Notes under the pieces: model-generated
Seen by the model: the letters and a program-made list of their open reading frames with translations, nothing else
What the model was told of the DNA's origin: nothing
Databases searched by the model: none
Made by a program: the position numbers and the translations under genes
Source of the DNA: Pasteurella multocida
GTDB lineage: Bacteria; Pseudomonadota; Gammaproteobacteria; Enterobacterales; Pasteurellaceae
Direction of reading: 5' to 3'
NCBI RefSeq assembly: GCF_900187275.1
Contig: NZ_LT906458.1
Coordinates: forward strand, 1,830,001-1,862,000
DNA length: 32,000 nt
Shown: positions 27,072 to 32,000 of the stretch, one piece after another
Numbering within the stretch: the first letter of the stretch is position 1
Layout: every line of letters starts with the position of its first letter

Positions 27072-27494
27072 ATGGCGAAAAAGAATAACGGGCATGAAAA
27101 AGAGGATGATGTTCGCCTAGATAAATGGCTTTGGGCTGCCCGTTTTTATAAAACACGTACTTTAGCAAAAGACATGATTGATGGCGGTAAAGTGCATTAT
27201 AATGGGCAGCGCACGAAACCCAATAAAACGGTTGAAATTGGTGGTGTGATCAAACTTCGTCAAGGTAATGACGAAAAAGAAGTGGAAGTGCTTGCGCTTT
27301 CTACGCAACGTCGTGGGGCGCCAGAAGCACAATTGTTGTATCAAGAAACAGAAAAAAGCCTTGAACAACGTGCGAAAATGGCGATTGCACGTAAGATTAA
27401 TGCATTAACGATGCCGCATCCTGATCGTCGCCCGAATAAAAAAGAGCGGCGTGATTTATTGAAATTTAAACATCAAGATAGCTTTTCATCTTGA
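27072..27494 (+). CDS. hslR: Ribosome-associated heat shock protein Hsp15
   Basis: 140 aa S4-domain protein: VRLDKWLWAARFYKTRTLAKDMIDGGKVHYNGQRTKPNKTV. Confidence 0.96.
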   Translation: MAKKNNGHEKEDDVRLDKWLWAARFYKTRTLAKDMIDGGKVHYNGQRTKPNKTVEIGGVIKLRQGNDEKEVEVLALSTQRRGAPEAQLLYQETEKSLEQRAKMAIARKINALTMPHPDRRPNKKERRDLLKFKHQDSFSS

Positions 27495-27578
27495 TGATGT
27501 GATTTACCTACTTTTCTTATTAAAGAAAGGAATATGGGGAAGCTGTGTGCTTGCCCTTAACCTGAATAAAGGCTTTTT

Positions 27579-28445
27579 ATGACAGACAACACAGACAATG
27601 ACAAACTGTATCGCTACCTTTTCCAAGATCGCGCGGTGCGCGGTGAATGGGTACGGTTAAACCAAACGTTTACTGATACGTTAAATACACATCAATATCC
27701 GAAAGTCATCCAAAACTTGCTCGGTGAAATGATGGTGGCGACCAGTTTATTGACGGCGACGTTAAAATTTGAAGGGGATATTACTGTTCAAGTACAAGGT
27801 GATGGACCATTAAAATTAGCATTAGTTAATGGCAATCATCAGCAGCAAATTCGCGCATTAGCGCGTTTACAAGCGGATGTCAGTGATGATATGAGTTTGG
27901 CGCAATTAGTCGGGAAAGGGGTATTAGTGATTACGATTGCACCGACAGAAGGCGAGCGTTACCAAGGCGTGATTGCGTTAGATAAGCCAACCATTACTGC
28001 CTGTCTTGAAGATTATTTTGTGCGTTCAGAACAATTGCAAACCCAGCTTATTATTCGTGCTGGCGAATTTGAAGGACAACCTGTGGCAGCCGGTATGTTG
28101 TTACAAATTATGCCGGACGGTTCAGGTTCTCCAGAGGATTTTGAACACTTAGCAACATTGGCAGCGACGGTGAAAGAGGAAGAACTATTTGGTTTAACAG
28201 CAGAAGAATTATTGTACCGTTTATATCATGAAGAGCGTGTTGAAATTTTCCCTTCACAGCCGATCTCATTTTTCTGTGGCTGCTCACAAGAACGTTCTGG
28301 TGCCGCATTGTTGTTGATTTCTGATGAAGAATTGGATGAAGTCTTGGCAGAGCATAACGGTACCATTGATATGCAGTGTGAATGTTGTGGGACGCATTAT
28401 TTCTTCAATAAAGCAGCGATTATGCAATTGAAAGTAGAAAAATAA
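27579..28445 (+). CDS. hslO: Redox-regulated chaperone Hsp33
   Basis: 288 aa with zinc-binding CxC...CxxC (FFCGCSQERSG...CECCGTHYFF). Confidence 0.97.
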   Translation: MTDNTDNDKLYRYLFQDRAVRGEWVRLNQTFTDTLNTHQYPKVIQNLLGEMMVATSLLTATLKFEGDITVQVQGDGPLKLALVNGNHQQQIRALARLQADVSDDMSLAQLVGKGVLVITIAPTEGERYQGVIALDKPTITACLEDYFVRSEQLQTQLIIRAGEFEGQPVAAGMLLQIMPDGSGSPEDFEHLATLAATVKEEELFGLTAEELLYRLYHEERVEIFPSQPISFFCGCSQERSGAALLLISDEELDEVLAEHNGTIDMQCECCGTHYFFNKAAIMQLKVEK

Positions 28446-28469
28446 GTCTTGGTATTATGGATTTTGTTG

Positions 28470-28496
28470 CAGGCTATCAAGATATTTGATAGCCTG
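28470..28496 (+). terminator. Intrinsic terminator downstream of hslO
   Basis: CAGGCTATCAA-GATAT-TTGATAGCCTG perfect 11-bp arms followed by TTTTTC. Confidence 0.9.
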
Positions 28497-28618
28497 TTTT
28501 TCCTTTGCAGCAAACGATTTTATGAGAAAAACGCCGTCTTCTCACACAGTAGTTTAGGTATTGCATAGCATGAAGCGGGAAACTATGTTTGGCGCTTGTC
28601 TGTTTAAAAAGGTTATCT

Positions 28619-29446
28619 ATGTTAGCACTTTCACCATCATTACTTGAAAAAACACTTGAAATCGCGGATCAAGCAGGAGATTTTTTAACGCGATTTTATA
28701 CCGACTCAGGGCAAAATGCGTTAGCAATTCAAACCAAACAAGATAACACGCCAGTGACTGCCGTGGATTTATTTTTGAGTCAATTTTTAATTGAAAAATT
28801 GACCGCACTGACACCTGAGGTCCCGATTCTTTCCGAAGAGAGTTGTAAAATCCCCTTACAAGATCGTGCACATTGGGCAGAATATTGGTTAATTGACCCA
28901 CTCGATGGAACCCAACAATTTATTAATCGCACCGATCAATTTTCCATTTTGATTACACTTGTCCAACACAATCAACCCGTCTTAAGCATTACCCATGCCC
29001 CTATTTTACAAACGACCTATTATGCTATGCAGGGCTTTGGTGCTTACAGAAGGCAGGGCAATCAACAAGAAAAGCTAAACAACCAAGCGCGACCTGAGCA
29101 GCGAAAAATCAAAATTGCTGTGGGAGTCGGGGGCGTTGAACGGAAAATTCAGCCCTTGTTAAATCCAGCTTATCAATATGAATTTTTGGTTTATGGTTCA
29201 AGTGGCTTAAAAGGCGGCTTAGTGGCCGATGGCACTTGTGATTGCTATATTCGAGTAGGAAAAACGGGTGAATGGGATACGGGGGCGGCTGAAATCCTCT
29301 TACGTGAAATGGGAGGTGCTGTGTTTGACTTTGCTTTTCAACCGCTTAGCTATAATCAGAGAGAAAGTTTTATTAATCCCAATTTTGTGATGGTAGCGAA
29401 TACAGAATTTGATTGGCAGAAAATTTTTCAATTTCATTCGCACTAG
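28619..29446 (+). CDS. cysQ: 3'(2'),5'-bisphosphate nucleotidase, inositol monophosphatase family
   Basis: TPVTAVDLFLSQFLIEKL, PILSEES, YWLIDPLDGTQQFINRTDQFSI, GEWDTGAAEILLREMGG. ATG 28619 preferred over track start 28589. Confidence 0.9.
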   Translation: MLALSPSLLEKTLEIADQAGDFLTRFYTDSGQNALAIQTKQDNTPVTAVDLFLSQFLIEKLTALTPEVPILSEESCKIPLQDRAHWAEYWLIDPLDGTQQFINRTDQFSILITLVQHNQPVLSITHAPILQTTYYAMQGFGAYRRQGNQQEKLNNQARPEQRKIKIAVGVGGVERKIQPLLNPAYQYEFLVYGSSGLKGGLVADGTCDCYIRVGKTGEWDTGAAEILLREMGGAVFDFAFQPLSYNQRESFINPNFVMVANTEFDWQKIFQFHSH

Positions 29447-29513
29447 GCATTATTTATTATAAGATGCGATATCTTATGACCTCTATTTTTAACAAACGGA
29501 TTTCAGGAAAAAA

Positions 29514-31004
29514 ATGAAAATTGAAGCAGACAACAATTGTATTGTAATTTTTGGTGCATCAGGTGATTTAACTTATCGTAAATTGATTCCTGCACTGTAT
29601 AACTTATATAAAATCGGTCGTTTGACTGAGCATTTCTCCGTGTTAGGTGTGGCAAGAACGGAATTAAGTGATGAGGGTTTCCGTGAAAAAATGCGCCAAG
29701 CGTTGATCAAAAGTGAAAAAGCGAATGGCGAAACACTCGATCAATTTTGTAGCCACCTTTATTATCAGGCATTAAATACCGCGGATGCTGCCGATTATGG
29801 CAAGTTAATTCCTCGTCTTGATGACTTACATGATAAATATCAAACTTGTGGTAACACACTTTACTATTTATCTACGCCGCCAAGCCTTTATGGCGTGATT
29901 CCAGAATGCCTTGCGGCACATGGGTTAAATACTGAAGAGTTTGGCTGGAAGCGGTTAATTGTGGAAAAACCGTTTGGTTATGATATACGCACGGCAAAAG
30001 AACTCGATATTCAAATTCACCGTTTCTTTGATGAACACCAAATTTATCGTATTGACCACTATCTTGGTAAAGAAACGGTTCAAAATCTGCTTGTGTTGCG
30101 TTTTTCTAATGGATGGTTTGAACCACTCTGGAACCGTAATTTCATTGATTATATTGAAATCACGGGCGCAGAATCTATCGGTGTAGAAGAGCGTGGTGGT
30201 TATTACGATGATTCTGGCGCAATGCGTGATATGTTCCAAAACCATTTGTTGCAAGTGTTAGCCATGGTTGCGATGGAGCCACCAGCAATTATTAATGCCG
30301 ACTCAATGCGTGATGAAGTGGCAAAAGTCTTGTATTGTTTACATCCATTAAGTGAGGATGACTTAGAAAATCATTTAGTCTTAGGGCAATATACGGCAGG
30401 CACAGTTGAAGGTGAAGCGGTTAAGGGCTACTTACAGGAAAAAGGTGTGCCGGCAGAGTCTAATACGGAAACTTACATGGCATTACGTTGTGAAATTGAC
30501 AACTGGCGTTGGGCGGGTGTGCCATTTTATGTGCGTACTGGGAAACGGTTACCAAGTCGAGTGACCGAAATTGTGATTCATTTCAAAACCACACCACATC
30601 CGGTATTTAGCCAAAAAGCACCAGAAAACAAATTAATTATCCGTATTCAACCCGATGAAGCGATTTCGATGCGTTTTGGTTTGAAAAAACCGGGAGCAGG
30701 TTTTGAAGCAAAAGAAGTGTCGATGGATTTCCGTTATGCGGATCTTGCCTCACCAAGCTTACTGACCGCTTATGAGCGTTTATTATTGGATTCTATGAAA
30801 GGCGATGCCACTTTGTTTGCGCGTACTGATGCGGTACATGCCTGTTGGCAGTTTGTGGAGCCGATTTTACAATATAAAGCACAAAATGGGCGTGTTTATG
30901 AGTATGAAGCCGGTACTTGGGGACCGACAGAAGCCGACAAACTGATCGCGAAAACGGGTCGTGTTTGGCGTAAACCAAGTGGATTAATGAAAAAGAAAGT
31001 GTAA
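29514..31004 (+). CDS. zwf: Glucose-6-phosphate 1-dehydrogenase
   Basis: 496 aa; [43 protein letters not shown]. Confidence 0.98.
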   Translation: MKIEADNNCIVIFGASGDLTYRKLIPALYNLYKIGRLTEHFSVLGVARTELSDEGFREKMRQALIKSEKANGETLDQFCSHLYYQALNTADAADYGKLIPRLDDLHDKYQTCGNTLYYLSTPPSLYGVIPECLAAHGLNTEEFGWKRLIVEKPFGYDIRTAKELDIQIHRFFDEHQIYRIDHYLGKETVQNLLVLRFSNGWFEPLWNRNFIDYIEITGAESIGVEERGGYYDDSGAMRDMFQNHLLQVLAMVAMEPPAIINADSMRDEVAKVLYCLHPLSEDDLENHLVLGQYTAGTVEGEAVKGYLQEKGVPAESNTETYMALRCEIDNWRWAGVPFYVRTGKRLPSRVTEIVIHFKTTPHPVFSQKAPENKLIIRIQPDEAISMRFGLKKPGAGFEAKEVSMDFRYADLASPSLLTAYERLLLDSMKGDATLFARTDAVHACWQFVEPILQYKAQNGRVYEYEAGTWGPTEADKLIAKTGRVWRKPSGLMKKKV

Positions 31005-31066
31005 TGTCCGCCTCTTTCGTAAGAAATGCGAGGGGCTAATGTGAGCAGATTGAGTAAGGAAAGATC

Positions 31067-31765
31067 ATGAATACAATCATTTTTGACAGTGCACAGCATG
31101 CCGTAGAGAAAATTGCACAAGAATTGTTAGCGTATAGCTTAGAAGGTCGCCCTGTGCATATTTCCTTATCCGGAGGCTCAACGCCGAAATTGTTATTTAA
31201 AACTTTAGCTCAAGCACCGTATAACACCGAGATTCAATGGAAAAATTTGCATTTTTGGTGGGGCGATGATCGTATGGTGCCACCAACCGATCCAGAAAGT
31301 AATTACGGCGAGGTGCAAAAATTGTTATTCGATCATATTCAGATCCCTGCAGAAAATATTCACCGCATTCGTGGTGAAGCCCCCGTTGAGAGTGAACTTC
31401 ACCGTTTTGAACAAGCGCTAAGTGCGGTCATTCCTGGGCAAGTTTTTGATTGGATTATTTTGGGCATGGGAACGGACGGGCACACGGCCTCATTATTCCC
31501 GCATCAAACCGATTTTGACGATCCTCATTTCGCCGTGATCGCGAAACACCCTGAAACAGGGCAAATTCGTATTTCAAAAACAGCGAAATTGATTGAACAA
31601 GCAAAGCGGGTGACCTATTTGGTGACAGGTAGCAGTAAAGCCGAGATCTTAAAAGAAATTCAAACTACTCCGGCAGAACAACTGCCTTATCCTGCTGCGA
31701 AAATCAAAGCGAAGCATGGGGTGACGGAATGGTATTTGGATAAGGATGCGGCAAAATTACTGTAA
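31067..31765 (+). CDS. pgl: 6-phosphogluconolactonase
   Basis: 232 aa; HISLSGGSTPKLLF, WKNLHFWWGDDRMVPPTDPESNYG, LGMGTDGHTASLFP. Confidence 0.97.
   Translation: MNTIIFDSAQHAVEKIAQELLAYSLEGRPVHISLSGGSTPKLLFKTLAQAPYNTEIQWKNLHFWWGDDRMVPPTDPESNYGEVQKLLFDHIQIPAENIHRIRGEAPVESELHRFEQALSAVIPGQVFDWIILGMGTDGHTASLFPHQTDFDDPHFAVIAKHPETGQIRISKTAKLIEQAKRVTYLVTGSSKAEILKEIQTTPAEQLPYPAAKIKAKHGVTEWYLDKDAAKLL
31420..31428 (+). repeat. Uptake signal sequence core (Hin-type)
   Basis: AAGTGCGGTCATT in pgl. Confidence 0.85.
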
Positions 31766-31829
31766 TGCGTCGTGAGATTTTTCAACATTTTTGCAAAGAG
31801 ACTTGAAACAAAATAGACCATAGCGTTCG

Positions 31830-31868
31830 TTTTCAACGAGTGCTGAAAATGAAGGCTCTCGTTGAAAA
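31830..31868. terminator. Inverted repeat (possible terminator/structured RNA) after pgl
   Basis: TTTTCAACGAG (31830-31840) / CTCGTTGAAAA (31858-31868), 11-bp perfect arms, 17-nt loop. Confidence 0.35.
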
Positions 31869-31930
31869 TGGCGCCATTTAGTGGGTAAGCTTAAGGTTCG
31901 CTCAGACAGCGCTATCAAAAGGGTAAAAGA

Positions 31931-32000
31931 ATGTATCAACTCTATTTTAATCCACCAAAATCTTCATGGTCATTACGCGTTTGGGTGTTATTGAAAGAAC
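31931..32000 (+). CDS. Glutathione S-transferase-like protein, 5' fragment truncated by window edge
   Basis: ATG at 31931 opens MYQLYFNPPKSSWSLRVWVLLKE, which resembles a GST N-terminal thioredoxin fold start. Confidence 0.6.
   Translation, partial: MYQLYFNPPKSSWSLRVWVLLKE

Noticed and set aside
28589-28618. Extended N-terminus of the cysQ-like ORF (MALVCLKRLS)
   Set aside because: The internal ATG at 28619 aligns with the usual start of this family and the upstream extension has no homologous sense.
31757-31939. 60-aa minus-strand ORF after pgl
   Set aside because: Overlaps the pgl end and the intergenic inverted repeat with no recognisable protein features.

Overview
This window looks like a Pasteurellaceae chromosome. 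Eleven perfect copies of the AAGTGCGGT uptake-signal core are present, against about 0.24 expected by chance. Most of the window is recognisable and densely coding. (1) 54-4596: a Slam-type (DUF560) outer-membrane translocator and two paralogous putative Slam-dependent surface lipoproteins, with the housekeeping gene rsmD between them. (2) 4796-7823: ftsY-ftsE-ftsX. (3) 7898-22879: a roughly 15 kb 4-hydroxyphenylacetate (HPA) catabolic island. It has hpaC/hpaB on the minus strand and, divergently, hpaA, a TRAP transporter (P-Q-M), split hpaG1/hpaG2, hpaE, hpaD, hpaF, a Bcr/CflA-type MFS gene, hpaH, hpaI and a succinate-semialdehyde dehydrogenase. (4) 23056-32000: pckA, an uncharacterised outer-membrane beta-barrel protein, nudE, yrfG-like HAD phosphatase, hslR, hslO, cysQ-like phosphatase, zwf, pgl and the start of a glutathione S-transferase-like gene. 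The most useful non-obvious signal is a matched promoter architecture upstream of both hpaB and the TRAP/hpa operon: a direct repeat of GAAAA-x-T-x-CA with an exact 21-bp period, followed exactly 23 nt later by TATAA(A/C). I infer this is an operator for the AraC-type regulator HpaA. I found no CRISPR array, tRNA, rRNA, phage or transposase, and no clearly unprecedented system.
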